DNA of 64,000 bases, from NCBI GenBank assembly GCA_964387025.1, contig CAYLUZ010000003.1:261828-325827 (forward strand), read 5' to 3'. Below, one piece after another: positions 52,661 to 62,113 of the stretch. This DNA comes from an uncultured Leptolinea sp. GTDB taxonomy: Bacteria; Chloroflexota; Anaerolineae; Anaerolineales; Anaerolineaceae. Positions within the stretch are counted from its first letter, which is position 1; each line of letters opens with the position of its first letter. Both the position numbers and the translations under genes were made by a program. The notes beneath the pieces are model-generated. The model searched no databases, was not told where the DNA came from, and saw only the letters and a program-made list of their open reading frames with translations.

Positions 52661-53071
52661 TTACTCTTTTGGTCCGTGCTCCAGTCGTTTCTTTTCCACC
52701 CGGTCGATGAACCTGCCCATGTCAATGATAAAGCGTTCGTGTTCCCCTTCTGCAATCTTCTCCAGATCATCCCATGCTTCCACTTTAAATTTCACCCGTC
52801 GTCCTTCAACTTCCAGCACCTCCGCTCGTGTTCGTACAGTAAAGCCGATCGGCGTGGCAGCCAGGTGCCGAATGTTGACCACTGCCCCCACGCTCCCCTG
52901 TCCTTCAGCAAGAAACGGTAATATCGTATTATGGGATGTCCGTTCGAGCAGACCAATCACCCTTGGAGTGCTGAAAACGGGCGGCAAGGATTCTCCGCCA
53001 CTATAACGGGCAGTATCACTCTCTTGAACGATCAATGTCATTTCTCCGGTTAACCCTGGTTCAATTGGCAT
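52661..53071 (-). CDS. Hotdog-fold thioesterase
   Basis: 136 aa; 'VFSTPRVIGLLERTS', 'HLAATPIG' and 'GEHERFII' resemble the small thioesterase family related to fluoroacetyl-CoA thioesterase. Confidence 0.65.
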   Translation of the reverse strand: MPIEPGLTGEMTLIVQESDTARYSGGESLPPVFSTPRVIGLLERTSHNTILPFLAEGQGSVGAVVNIRHLAATPIGFTVRTRAEVLEVEGRRVKFKVEAWDDLEKIAEGEHERFIIDMGRFIDRVEKKRLEHGPKE

Positions 53072-53167
53072 TTGGTCTCCTCTATTATTTTATTAATTAT
53101 ACATTTCTGCCTTAAGAATTCACAATATTGATATATGAGTTCAATCACAAGAAAAGCCTCAAAATGA

Positions 53168-54019
53168 TTAAGCTTTTTCAGTTCTTTTTAGTGGGAGAAA
53201 TATTCCATTGCCGCTTTTACGCTGGCGTAAATAGAAACGGATGAGTAGAGATAAACCAATCACAAAAAGTGGTGCACCGGAATGAATGTTTCCCGCGATG
53301 ATAACAGCAATCCATGAAAGGATGACTTCTATTGGTCCAATCCATTCAGATAAAACCGATGCCGAATATATATTGGAGAATGGGGAAAATAAATGTAAAA
53401 CTGTGTATGAAAGCTCTTTATCCTTCAGAAGAAAACCCAGGGGTAAAGAGATAATGATCCCAATGATGTATGCGATCAATGTGTAATTTTGAGCGATAAG
53501 CCAATGCAGATTCGAATCATGGCGTGCATAAGTTGTTATTGAGGGCAGGATACTATACCATTCAGATAGCCACGTTGGCCTTATTAAAAAACATATTCCT
53601 AAAAATAATACGGTTAATAATATTATGCCTATCGATTGTCTCCGAGTCAGGTGGCGGATATACCAGGGTGCAATTACAAATCCAATCTGAGGTTTCATGA
53701 TCAATAGGGGAAGAGCCCATGGTCCTATTGAAACCAGAATGAGAGTTACTAACAGATCCAGTTGGCCAACGTATAAACCAAAACAAACCGGAAAACAGAG
53801 TAATGTCCAAATGCATTTCCATCCAAGAAGTCTCCATAATAGCCAGATGCAGACAAGTAGAAAAGCCAGGTACACAAACCATTCGGGTAACCATGCAATA
53901 AGGGCGAAAATTACAGCCACTGGAAATGGTGGAAGGAAATCCGGTACAGTATAAGGAGATATACCGGCTAGGACTGCCTGCCCCCCTAGGAAAAAATTGT
54001 GGAAATCGTAAAGAAACAC
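53168..54019 (-). CDS. Polytopic membrane protein (possibly GT87/DUF2029-like glycosyltransferase)
   Basis: 283 aa and very hydrophobic. The N-terminal 'LYDFHNFFLGGQAVLAGISPY' resembles the DUF2029 loop. GTG start after GGAGA. Function tentative. Confidence 0.4.
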   Translation of the reverse strand: MFLYDFHNFFLGGQAVLAGISPYTVPDFLPPFPVAVIFALIAWLPEWFVYLAFLLVCIWLLWRLLGWKCIWTLLCFPVCFGLYVGQLDLLVTLILVSIGPWALPLLIMKPQIGFVIAPWYIRHLTRRQSIGIILLTVLFLGICFLIRPTWLSEWYSILPSITTYARHDSNLHWLIAQNYTLIAYIIGIIISLPLGFLLKDKELSYTVLHLFSPFSNIYSASVLSEWIGPIEVILSWIAVIIAGNIHSGAPLFVIGLSLLIRFYLRQRKSGNGIFLPLKRTEKA

Positions 54020-54289
54020 TTATTCGTCTCCACTTTAATAATTGAACTTATCTGAGTAATGACTTACGTACAACTTATAATCCAAGCCCTAAACCTCCAT
54101 TTCAAGAATTATATATGTAATTAACTTTCAAGCCAAAGGGTTTCGACACGGAAAAATTTCTAATAACACATCTCATTCATTTTGAGTATATAACTTATTC
54201 TAGCATTCACCTGAAAATATAATCTATCCTTAAGATGAACTATTTAATAATCTTATTGTTTGATATATCTCTTCAATCTTTGATGATGA

Positions 54290-55207
54290 TTATTCAATTT
54301 TCGGTCTTTTCCGCCAGATCTTCCAGATTGACCAACCGAAGAGAATAAAACCAGTGGGTGTTGTTATGAAATATACCAGCCAATTAGTCGGCAAACCTAA
54401 ACCCGATGCAAAATATAAAGTATATAGGACAGAAGAGGTAATTGGTATTAGGAATAATGCAGTGAATCGCCGGGTAGGTACTGGTTCTGCCAGGATTTCC
54501 AACACATTTCCACTAATCTCATCTCTTTGGTTTTTCATTAGGGTGAAATATATGCTCATCATAAATGGTAAAAGTACCAATGCAATGGTCTGACCTGAAA
54601 GAATGATCAGGATATATAAAATCAGAAATATTCCTGCAACGATCCGGATCGCCCATGGAGAAGGAGAAAAAGGTTTCTCGAAAAGCCTCCCAGAGGATAT
54701 TAGACTAATTGCGAGCAACAAAGTTGCAATGAGAACATATCCTGTAAAAATAATCGGATTTACAAATGAATTCGGCTCTTCATACTTCCAGGTAATTCCC
54801 CATAACCAAAAAAAGATGCCGATAAGAACCGCATAAATAAAACTCTGTTTTGTACTTTTTCTTAATGCGACCTGTAATCCATACCAACCGGCTAGGACAG
54901 TGATCAAAGCATGCCAGGCTAACCCGGTGAAAGATATACTGAGGGGAAGATTTTCATAAGTCGTCTGGACAATGATCCCCTCACCGATCCAGCCAAAGAA
55001 AGCTCCAGCCAGGAAGAGTGCGTGGATATTCTTAACGTTGAACCTTGTAATCACAACCAGGAACAGGAATGCCATTAATGAATATGCCAGCCAAGTTTCC
55101 AGCCAGTTGAGTAAATTATCTTCCGGTCTTGGGCGTGCCCAAAAAACGAGTTCGGAAAAATAAAAGAAAACATAACCGGTGCTCAAACTGGCAAGAAGTG
55201 ACCGCAT
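54290..55207 (-). CDS. Polytopic membrane protein, unknown function
   Basis: 305-aa ORF with ~9 hydrophobic segments; no recognisable motif. Confidence 0.4.
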   Translation of the reverse strand: MRSLLASLSTGYVFFYFSELVFWARPRPEDNLLNWLETWLAYSLMAFLFLVVITRFNVKNIHALFLAGAFFGWIGEGIIVQTTYENLPLSISFTGLAWHALITVLAGWYGLQVALRKSTKQSFIYAVLIGIFFWLWGITWKYEEPNSFVNPIIFTGYVLIATLLLAISLISSGRLFEKPFSPSPWAIRIVAGIFLILYILIILSGQTIALVLLPFMMSIYFTLMKNQRDEISGNVLEILAEPVPTRRFTALFLIPITSSVLYTLYFASGLGLPTNWLVYFITTPTGFILFGWSIWKIWRKRPKIE

Positions 55208-55326
55208 GTGTACCTCATCTAGTTAATCAAATTTACCCTTGAGTAAATCGATTGGTTAACGGTTTACCCGCTTTTCTATGCCAGCAACAGTTTGGAATCA
55301 TCCCTTTTATATCCAGGTCCTTACAA

Positions 55327-55878
55327 TTATTTAACCCGTTTGGCCATAATGATATCCGGTTTACCATGTCCATTCGCATCGGGTATTACCCCAACAATTG
55401 AAAATCCCTGTTTGAGGTAGAACTCATAAGGATGATTTTTAAGATTGCGGATATTTACGAGGTTACCCGGAATGTCATCATAGAGATCCTTATCAGCGAG
55501 GGTGGTCATGCCATCCTCGTCGTCCGTTCCCAGGTATATGGTTTCCCCTCCATGGATTTTGACCTGCTGTTCAAGATCAGCAACCAGAGCTTTACCTAAA
55601 CCAACTCTTTGCAGATCAGGCCGCACCACAAGAGGATGAAGTTCCCAGGACAGACCATCAAACTCGCTGATCGCTCCTATCCAACCGAGAATAGTACCTG
55701 TCTCATCCACAGCAGCACGGGCAATTTTTCCTGGCTGAATAGCTTCTGCCACTTCCTTCAAGGCTGATTGCATATCCGGCCAGGCATTAGGCCAGTGGAC
55801 TCTGAATGCATCCACCAACATGTTGGCAGCCTGCTCCATAACCACAGGATTGGCGGATCTTAAATCGATAATCTGCAT
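55327..55878 (-). CDS. GNAT family N-acetyltransferase
   Basis: Acetyl-CoA loop 'VVRPDLQRVGLGKALV' (Q/RxxGxG/A) and C-terminal 'HPYEFYLKQGFSIVGVIPDANGHGKPDIIMAK'. Confidence 0.8.
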   Translation of the reverse strand: MQIIDLRSANPVVMEQAANMLVDAFRVHWPNAWPDMQSALKEVAEAIQPGKIARAAVDETGTILGWIGAISEFDGLSWELHPLVVRPDLQRVGLGKALVADLEQQVKIHGGETIYLGTDDEDGMTTLADKDLYDDIPGNLVNIRNLKNHPYEFYLKQGFSIVGVIPDANGHGKPDIIMAKRVK

Positions 55879-55893
55879 TTGTAGTTATAAAAT

Positions 55894-56310
55894 CTAAGAT
55901 TCATATGATCTCATAGTAGTAAAAGATGCTTTTATCAGCTCTTTGAGGACATTTTGGTCGACATCTTCCAATCTCTTGATATATAAACACCCTTTACCCA
56001 TGGAGTGTTTTCCAAGTTTGGCCATCAATTCTTCATTCTGCTTAAATCCGGACATGATATATAAGGATAGATTTTGTTTACGGGGAGAGAATCCGATCCG
56101 CATCCAATCCGCCTCCTGCCCGCTGGCGTATTTATAATGGTAAGTGCCAAATCCGATAATACTGGTTCCCCACATCTTAGGCTCTTCTCCAGTGACCTCT
56201 TTCATCATGTCGAGGATGGCGAATGAATCCTGGCGTTTCTTATCTTCCGGAATCGTTTTCAAGAAGCTTTCAACGCTGGCATCATTGATTTTGGTTTTCA
56301 GTTCATACAT
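55894..56310 (-). CDS. DUF1801 (YdhG-like) domain protein
   Basis: 'VESFLKTIPEDKKRQDSFAILDMMKEVTGEEPKMWGTSIIGFG...Y' is the typical DUF1801 pattern. ATG at 56310 follows GGGAGG. Confidence 0.6.
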   Translation of the reverse strand: MYELKTKINDASVESFLKTIPEDKKRQDSFAILDMMKEVTGEEPKMWGTSIIGFGTYHYKYASGQEADWMRIGFSPRKQNLSLYIMSGFKQNEELMAKLGKHSMGKGCLYIKRLEDVDQNVLKELIKASFTTMRSYES

Positions 56311-56406
56311 TTCTTCCTCCCTTTCTTGCACCATAAAATACTTAACAACAATTATAAATATTTTAACGGGATGACAAGAGGTATTCCACGATTAGTATCA
56401 CCTTTA

Positions 56407-57132
56407 TCAACTTCCAGGCAGGATGGGAGGAAAATGGATCTTGATTGGATGCACCAAACCTATGATTATCGCAACAGGAATGGAGAATAATACCGGGAAG
56501 AAAATTGCCATTACATAGTGGTACCAAAGCGGTTGCTTTGCCCCACGTTCAGATGGAAGGGTGTATGCGGGTAGGTAGACCATCAACCCGTAAACAAATA
56601 TCCACAAGCCAAATTCAGCGAAAGCCTGGATTCCGCCAAATGATGCTTCAGCAGTGATTCCTGTTAATCCAAACAATAATAGAACAGCATTCGGGCTGAA
56701 ATTATATCTCCGGAGCAACACTGCCCAGCCTATGAACATGGGAATGAAAACTACCACGCTATGCAGGAAAACAACATCCAAATAGTTACTTGAAGCGGTT
56801 ATATAAGCTTCACCGAGAGAAACTCCAAAAATAGGAGCCAGGTTGGTCATTGTGGTTGTGATGGCTTCTTCAATGAGTGCCAGAAGGGTGGCGAATAACA
56901 CAAACTTAAGCTTCCAATCCAATTTTATTCCCAGGATTAAATTACGAATCCGGCTACGGAGTATTATTGTGGCTATTCCACCGATCAATACCCATACGAC
57001 CACCAGACCTGAACCCATCAATAATACAGCCCGAGTATTTGGAGGAGCGCCAACCAAAGCAATCAGAAGAATTACTGCAGTTGAAAGCGCGAGCCAACCA
57101 GCGATTAGTTTGATAACCAAGCTAGATTTCAT
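56407..57132 (-). CDS. Polytopic membrane protein, unknown function
   Basis: 241-aa hydrophobic ORF, adjacent to the CPBP protease gene. Confidence 0.4.
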   Translation of the reverse strand: MKSSLVIKLIAGWLALSTAVILLIALVGAPPNTRAVLLMGSGLVVVWVLIGGIATIILRSRIRNLILGIKLDWKLKFVLFATLLALIEEAITTTMTNLAPIFGVSLGEAYITASSNYLDVVFLHSVVVFIPMFIGWAVLLRRYNFSPNAVLLLFGLTGITAEASFGGIQAFAEFGLWIFVYGLMVYLPAYTLPSERGAKQPLWYHYVMAIFFPVLFSIPVAIIIGLVHPIKIHFPPILPGS

Positions 57133-57185
57133 TTGGAATTTGCACGGATCTTCTTCAATGGGTCCCTGTTATGAGAGAAGAATTG

Positions 57186-58094
57186 TCATCCGCCTCCAGC
57201 AGTGATCGAACCGATTGCCAGAAAGGTAAAGATCATAACATCCTGTAAAAAGTGGATGAACCATGCCCAGAAGAACCCGCGTGTTTCCAACATGGATTTT
57301 CCAAGTATCCAGCCTAAGAAAGTGGCCATTACCACGCCAATGATGCCGTACGGAATTCCGTAAAAATGAAAAATTCCAAAAAAGGCTGCCATTAACAACA
57401 GAGCCTGTTTTTTTCCAACCGGTCCTTCCAGCACCGATAAGAAGCTGGCTTTATAAGTCATCTCTTCATTAAATGCATTCAAGGCAGCAGCCAATAAAAC
57501 GGCTGGCAGGAAAGGCAGTGCTTTAACAACAATATTTAGTGGAGGATGCCCGGCAATGACCAGGAACGCCAGTGTGCCCAAACTAATGCAAATTGAAAGG
57601 ATCAGACCAAATTTTTTCCAATTCTCTCCTTTGCCTACTCCAAGCCAGCGAACTGGCTCGACCGGTGCTGAAATATCCCCTTTGACCAGGAAGAAACCTG
57701 CCCGATTCTTTTTGATCAGATATAAGATGGCGATTATTACCCCCGTTACGATCAGCTTCAGAGATAACTCTGCCACCATGTATATATTAAAGGAAGGGTT
57801 ATCCAGCAAGGACTTATAGAACGGAAGTGTGCCGAGTTGGGTGAATACCACCCATTGGACAAAAACCAGTACCAGGAACAATATTAGGAAGGACCGCAGG
57901 TTGTGCATCGGTTCCCAGATGAAAGATAGAAGTAATCCAATGCTGATCAAACTGGTAGAAATAATTGTCTGGGCGGTAAATGAAACCGTCAGGTGGAAGA
58001 TCTCCTGAGGGATGATTTTTGGCAGCAACGAGGCGCTAAGGACAATGATCCAGGCTGCGATAGTGGTGATTTTAGGGGACTCCAGTGTCTTCAT
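57186..58094 (-). CDS. CPBP (CAAX) family intramembrane glutamic endopeptidase
   Basis: Motif 1 'NEEMTYK' (EExxxR/K), motif 2 'FGIFHF' (FxxxH), motif 3 'HFLQD' (HxxxN/D). ATG at 58094 follows GGAGGA. Confidence 0.7.
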   Translation of the reverse strand: MKTLESPKITTIAAWIIVLSASLLPKIIPQEIFHLTVSFTAQTIISTSLISIGLLLSFIWEPMHNLRSFLILFLVLVFVQWVVFTQLGTLPFYKSLLDNPSFNIYMVAELSLKLIVTGVIIAILYLIKKNRAGFFLVKGDISAPVEPVRWLGVGKGENWKKFGLILSICISLGTLAFLVIAGHPPLNIVVKALPFLPAVLLAAALNAFNEEMTYKASFLSVLEGPVGKKQALLLMAAFFGIFHFYGIPYGIIGVVMATFLGWILGKSMLETRGFFWAWFIHFLQDVMIFTFLAIGSITAGGG

Positions 58095-58125
58095 ATAGCG
58101 TTCCTCCATTTCCGTATTAATAATT

Positions 58126-58165
58126 ATAACGGTGAGCCAAATTTCTGGCTCACCGTTATTTTTCT
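58126..58165 (-). terminator. Intrinsic terminator downstream of fhs (potentially bidirectional)
   Basis: Perfect 13-bp stem ATAACGGTGAGCC/GGCTCACCGTTAT with an 8-nt loop. TTTTCTC follows on the + side and AATTATTAAT follows on the - side. Confidence 0.6.
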
Positions 58166-58192
58166 CAATTCTCAGTTCTTAACTGACTTGCC

Positions 58193-60115
58193 TTAAAACA
58201 AACCAATTACTCTGCCTGTCTCCAGATCCAGATCGATATCATAAAAAGCCGGGCGGGTGGGCAATCCGGGCATGGTGCTCATCTTGCCAAGAAGCGGGTA
58301 CAGGAAACCCGCCCCAACGGAAGCACGGACTTCACGTACACCGATCCTGAATCCGGTGGGAACGCCTTTGATGGTTGGGTCAGCGGTGAGGGATAAGTGT
58401 GTTTTAGCCATACAGATCGGTAATTTATCAAAACCCAACCTTGTATAATCGGCGATCTGTTTCTCTGATTCAGGTGAGTAATCCACTCCGTCCGCCCCGT
58501 ATACTTCCCTGGCGATGGTTTCGATCTTTTCCTTGATGCCAAGATCAAGTGGATAAAGGAATTTAAATTTAGACGGCTTTTCTGCTGCCATGACAACTGC
58601 CTCAGCCAGGTTTTTAGCACCAGAACCACCGGTTGCCCAATGCGAACTGACCACTGAATCTTCCGCTCCGGCAGCTATTGCAGCTTTCCGGATCATCTCA
58701 AGCTCTGCTTCAGTGTCCGGTGCAAAGCGGTTGATGGCAACCACAACCGGGATACCGAATTTGCGGGCGGTCTTTATGTGGTGCAGCAGATTAGGCAACC
58801 CTTTTTCCAGCAGGGGGAGGTTTTCATCCGTGTATGCAGAGTCAAGTGGTTTTCCAGCAACAACTTTTGGTCCACCGCCATGCATCTTAAGGGCACGCAC
58901 TGTGGCTACTAATACGACCACATTGGGAACCAGACCGGATGTGCGGCATTTGATATCGAAGAATTTTTCCATACCGATATCAGCCCCGAAGCCGGATTCT
59001 GTCACCACGTAATCTGCCAGTTTCAACGCAATCTGGTCAGCCAGGATCGAGCTGTTGCCATGGGCGATGTTTGCAAACGGACCAGCATGGACAAAGACGG
59101 GCGTCCCTTCCAGCGTCTGCATTAAATTCGGTTTAATAGCATCTCGCATCAATACGGTAAGCGCACCAGCGATTCCAATATCTTCGGCAGTTACTGGATC
59201 TCCGCTGCGGCTCAATGCCACTACCATCTTACCCAGGCGCTCGCGCATATCCTTAAGACTGGTGGTAAGAGCCAGGACAGCCATGATCTCGCTGGCGACA
59301 GTAATATCAAAACCGGTATCCCGTTCGTGACCAGTTTCTTCAGGTCCGTGTCCTACAGTGATCCCACGTAAAAAGCGATCACTGGTATCCATTACCCGTT
59401 TCCAGGTGACTGTAGAGGGATCGATATCCAACCTGCATAATTTCTTCCGTTCCTCTGGTGACAGGTCGTTCGGGTTGGTTTTTGTGATACCAAGCTTCTT
59501 TACTCGCCCCTGCAATCCCTTGCCAAATATTCGATTTCCTTTTTTATCAGGTGGACAAAGTCGGTTGAACATCTGCTCGTCAGTTGCTTCTGTTTCATGC
59601 AGCATTCTTACATCAATTGCTGCAGCGAGTAAATTATTGGCTGCGGTGATGGCGTGAATATCTCCGGTAAGATGCAAGTTGAAGTCTTCCATGGGTATCA
59701 CCTGGCTGTAACCACCGCCGGCTGCCCCGCCTTTTATTCCAAACGTTGGTCCCTGGCTGGGCTGCCGGATGCAGGTGATCACCCGTTTACCAAGTTCAGC
59801 CCCCAGAGCCTGGCTGAGACCAACTGTGGTAGTGGTTTTCCCTTCCCCAAGCGGTGTGGGGGTAATTGCGGTCACATCAATATATTTACCATTAGGTGCA
59901 TTTTTTAATCGGGTAAGAATATCCAACTTCACTTTAGCTTTAAAGGGCCCATATAGTTCCAACTCATCAGGTAGAACACCCATCTCTGCAGCAACCTGGA
60001 CAATCGGTTTTAATGTTGCGGCCTGGGCAATATCTATGTCTGACGGAACTGGTGTTAATAACTTTAACGTTGTCGGAATGAACTTTTTAGTTTCGGTTTG
60101 ATTTGCTTGAGGCAT
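58193..60115 (-). CDS. fhs: Formate--tetrahydrofolate ligase
   Basis: '[16 protein letters not shown]', '[18 protein letters not shown]', '[11 protein letters not shown]' and '[10 protein letters not shown]' are signature FTHFS blocks. ATG at 60115 chosen; an alternative start lies at 60133. Confidence 0.95.
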   Translation of the reverse strand: MPQANQTETKKFIPTTLKLLTPVPSDIDIAQAATLKPIVQVAAEMGVLPDELELYGPFKAKVKLDILTRLKNAPNGKYIDVTAITPTPLGEGKTTTTVGLSQALGAELGKRVITCIRQPSQGPTFGIKGGAAGGGYSQVIPMEDFNLHLTGDIHAITAANNLLAAAIDVRMLHETEATDEQMFNRLCPPDKKGNRIFGKGLQGRVKKLGITKTNPNDLSPEERKKLCRLDIDPSTVTWKRVMDTSDRFLRGITVGHGPEETGHERDTGFDITVASEIMAVLALTTSLKDMRERLGKMVVALSRSGDPVTAEDIGIAGALTVLMRDAIKPNLMQTLEGTPVFVHAGPFANIAHGNSSILADQIALKLADYVVTESGFGADIGMEKFFDIKCRTSGLVPNVVVLVATVRALKMHGGGPKVVAGKPLDSAYTDENLPLLEKGLPNLLHHIKTARKFGIPVVVAINRFAPDTEAELEMIRKAAIAAGAEDSVVSSHWATGGSGAKNLAEAVVMAAEKPSKFKFLYPLDLGIKEKIETIAREVYGADGVDYSPESEKQIADYTRLGFDKLPICMAKTHLSLTADPTIKGVPTGFRIGVREVRASVGAGFLYPLLGKMSTMPGLPTRPAFYDIDLDLETGRVIGLF

Positions 60116-60206
60116 TATTACCAATCCTTTCAAATTTACAATGAAAATGAATCCTATCTAATTGTGCTATAGCTTTATCACTTTCGCAAGAGGTAATACG
60201 AGCTAG

Positions 60207-60235
60207 TATAAATATTGCTTTAATAGCTTTGTCAA
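60207..60235 (-). promoter_or_regulatory. Possible sigma-70-type promoter of fhs
   Basis: - strand TTGACA-N17-TTTATA, ~90 nt upstream of the fhs start. Confidence 0.3.
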
Positions 60236-60328
60236 AGAAATATATAACTAAAACGGTAAACATTGACGAAATTTGTAAGGAGGCTGTAAGGTTATTTCTA
60301 AAATTTACGAGGTTTCTCTTCTATAATT

Positions 60329-61018
60329 TTGAGGAGCATTACCAGACCCGCACTACTGGAAGGAAATCTCTTGTTCAATAATTACTGGTTGAAAAAACTG
60401 ATACTCATTGTAAACATTATATTCATCGGGGGGCTATTATTTCTAAACAATTCAAGCCTGATTCCCATCACTGGACAGACACTTCCGGCCTTTCAAGCAG
60501 ATACAGTATCTTCAGACATAACTCCTTTTAGGAAATTTGTTGATTCGGTCGTTGATGGAGATTTGAAATTAAAAGGTTTATATATTCCATCTGTCCTGGC
60601 TTTGGAAGTAGTTCAACAACCTAAGTCGCAACCATCTTTCGTTTCCTCGGAACCGGATAAGGCAACTCAGTTCGGATTAGCTTCCACATATGGAACGATC
60701 GGGTTATTGGCACATAATTATGCAGGTGGGGCAGATTTTGATGAAGTAGAAGTAGGCGAGATGATCGATTTGGTTTATGGAGATGGTCGAATCAAAGAAT
60801 ACCGTGTAAGTTCCATTCTAAGATTCCAGGCGATCGATCCAGTAAATACCAAAACAAGCTTCTTAGATCTTGCCACTCAATTAAAGGAGACAGCGGAAGA
60901 CTTGTTCATGAAAGTCTACAGTGGAAAACCGCATCTCACATTGCAAACCTGTATCTCAAATGGTTCTATCAGTTCATGGGGAAGGCTATTTATCATTGCT
61001 GAGCCAATTAGCGATTAA
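60329..61018 (+). CDS. Membrane-anchored sortase-fold protein (paralogue 1)
   Basis: His 'GLLAHNYAGG', Cys 'LTLQTC' (TLxTC) and Arg 11 residues later, 'WGRLFIIA', in the same order and spacing as the sortase triad. N-terminal TM 'LILIVNIIFIGGLLFL'. No ATG near the start: TTG at 60329, or TTG at 60371 which is preceded by GGAAGGA. Confidence 0.55.
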   Translation: MRSITRPALLEGNLLFNNYWLKKLILIVNIIFIGGLLFLNNSSLIPITGQTLPAFQADTVSSDITPFRKFVDSVVDGDLKLKGLYIPSVLALEVVQQPKSQPSFVSSEPDKATQFGLASTYGTIGLLAHNYAGGADFDEVEVGEMIDLVYGDGRIKEYRVSSILRFQAIDPVNTKTSFLDLATQLKETAEDLFMKVYSGKPHLTLQTCISNGSISSWGRLFIIAEPISD

Positions 61019-61134
61019 ATAAAATTAGAAATAAGTTTGTAAGTAGTTTGTAAGTTATTAGATATCTTGTCGTATGATATATAACCTATAATTTACTTTA
61101 GTAATCAATATACGTTCCTTAACAATTTGTTCAC

Positions 61135-61222
61135 GAGAATAGCAAAACCGGTGAAAACCGGTGACGCAAAGCTATGGGTCTTCGATCAGAGAAATCTGAT
61201 AATGATTGCCAGGTTACCGAAA
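61135..61222 (+). promoter_or_regulatory. c-di-GMP-I (GEMM-I) riboswitch aptamer, copy 1
   Basis: GCAAAACC-[ACCGGU GAAA ACCGGU]-GACGCAAAGC-UAUGGGUC...[AUCAGA GAAA UCUGAU]...UUGCCAGGUUACCGAAAG. Shares GCAAAcC, the GNRA-capped P2, GACGCAAAGC and GGUUACCGA with the Vc2-type consensus. Confidence 0.85.
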
Positions 61223-61243
61223 GTACGATTTTTACGTATGACT

Positions 61244-61274
61244 AAGACCCGGCATAAGACCCGGGTCTTTTTTG
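61244..61274 (+). terminator. Intrinsic terminator forming the expression platform of riboswitch 1
   Basis: AAGACCCGG-cataagac-CCGGGTCTT followed by TTTTTTG. The 5' arm AAGACCC is also complementary to the aptamer segment GGGTCTT (61176-61182). Confidence 0.7.
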
Positions 61275-61295
61275 TACACTAACAAAGCATGAACG

Positions 61296-61378
61296 ATAAG
61301 GGCAAAACCGGTGAAAACCGGTGACGCAAAGCTATGGGTCTAACACCGATGAGGTTATGACCGCCAGGCCGCCGAAAT
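61296..61378 (+). promoter_or_regulatory. c-di-GMP-I (GEMM-I) riboswitch aptamer, copy 2
   Basis: The first 40 nt (61302-61341) are identical to copy 1 (61142-61181). The 3' half differs (...GACCGCCAGGCCGCCGAAAU). GACCCAT at 61416-61422 can pair with the aptamer segment AUGGGUC. Confidence 0.75.
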
Positions 61379-61455
61379 AAATATAATACCTTCCCAATTT
61401 TCACTCCAGGCGGTTGACCCATATCTTAGTCAAGCCCTTGTCAGAAAGAGACAAG

Positions 61456-62112
61456 ATGGTTTTTGACTTCAAACGTATGGTAAGAATATTCACACTCACA
61501 GTAGTTTTACTGGCGAGTTTGTTTCCATTTTCACAAGCACAAGCCAACATTCCGGTAACAGCAGATCCCATTCCTGCAGCATCTACAATCGGGACTTCAA
61601 CATCAAAATCATCGGTCATTGCTTTATCCGATTTTGCTGCAGCAATCAATGATGGCAAATCAGTTCTCCGTGGAGTATATGTTCCTGATGTAATGGCTTT
61701 CCGCGTTATCCAACAGCCAAAGAACCAGAGTGGATTTGTTTCAACCATTAGAGGATTGGTCACTCAATTTGGATTGGCCTCAGATTATGGGACGATCGGT
61801 TTACTCGCTCACAACTTCGCTGCTGGATCTGAGTTCTCCAAGGTCCTGGTTGGTAACACAGTCAGCGTAATTTATGGGGATGGGACAATAAAGGAATTTA
61901 TCGTTACAAAAATCGCTCGTTACCAGGCATTACAACCAAATAGCACCAGTTCAAATTTCCTGGACCTGGAAACGAATGAAAAATTATCCGCTGGAACATT
62001 GTTCAAGGCAGTTTATGGTGGAAAAGCTCACCTGACATTACAAACCTGCATCGCACAGGGTAAAGAAAGCTCCTGGGGCAGGTTGTTCATCATTGCAGAA
62101 CCGGTAAAATAA
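61456..62112 (+). CDS. Secreted sortase-fold protein (paralogue 2), downstream of the tandem riboswitches
   Basis: Signal-like 'MVRIFTLTVVLLASLFPFSQAQA'; 'GLLAHNFAAG', 'LTLQTC', 'WGRLFIIAEP'. Start set at ATG 61456; the track ORF start at 61414 lies inside the riboswitch platform. Confidence 0.55.
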   Translation: MVFDFKRMVRIFTLTVVLLASLFPFSQAQANIPVTADPIPAASTIGTSTSKSSVIALSDFAAAINDGKSVLRGVYVPDVMAFRVIQQPKNQSGFVSTIRGLVTQFGLASDYGTIGLLAHNFAAGSEFSKVLVGNTVSVIYGDGTIKEFIVTKIARYQALQPNSTSSNFLDLETNEKLSAGTLFKAVYGGKAHLTLQTCIAQGKESSWGRLFIIAEPVK

Positions 62113-62113
62113 T

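Noticed and set aside
54020-54289. A 270-bp AT-rich ORF-free spacer, inspected for an sRNA, a tRNA or a gene remnant
   Set aside because: I could find no cloverleaf, stable hairpin, repeat or frame-hopping protein similarity. It most likely holds only the promoter and the GGAGA-GTG start context of the downstream membrane protein gene.
61142-61341. A 40-nt perfect direct repeat separated by 120 nt, considered as a mini CRISPR array or a mobile-element terminus
   Set aside because: There are only two copies. The repeat contains the GNRA-capped hairpin and the GACGCAAAGC core of the GEMM-I aptamer, so it is the 5' half of two tandem riboswitches.
61401-61763. A 120-aa - strand ORF overlapping the riboswitch platform and the start of the second sortase-fold gene
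   Set aside because: It is a shadow of the well-supported + strand gene, which has a paralogue with a conserved catalytic triad. It has no independent support.
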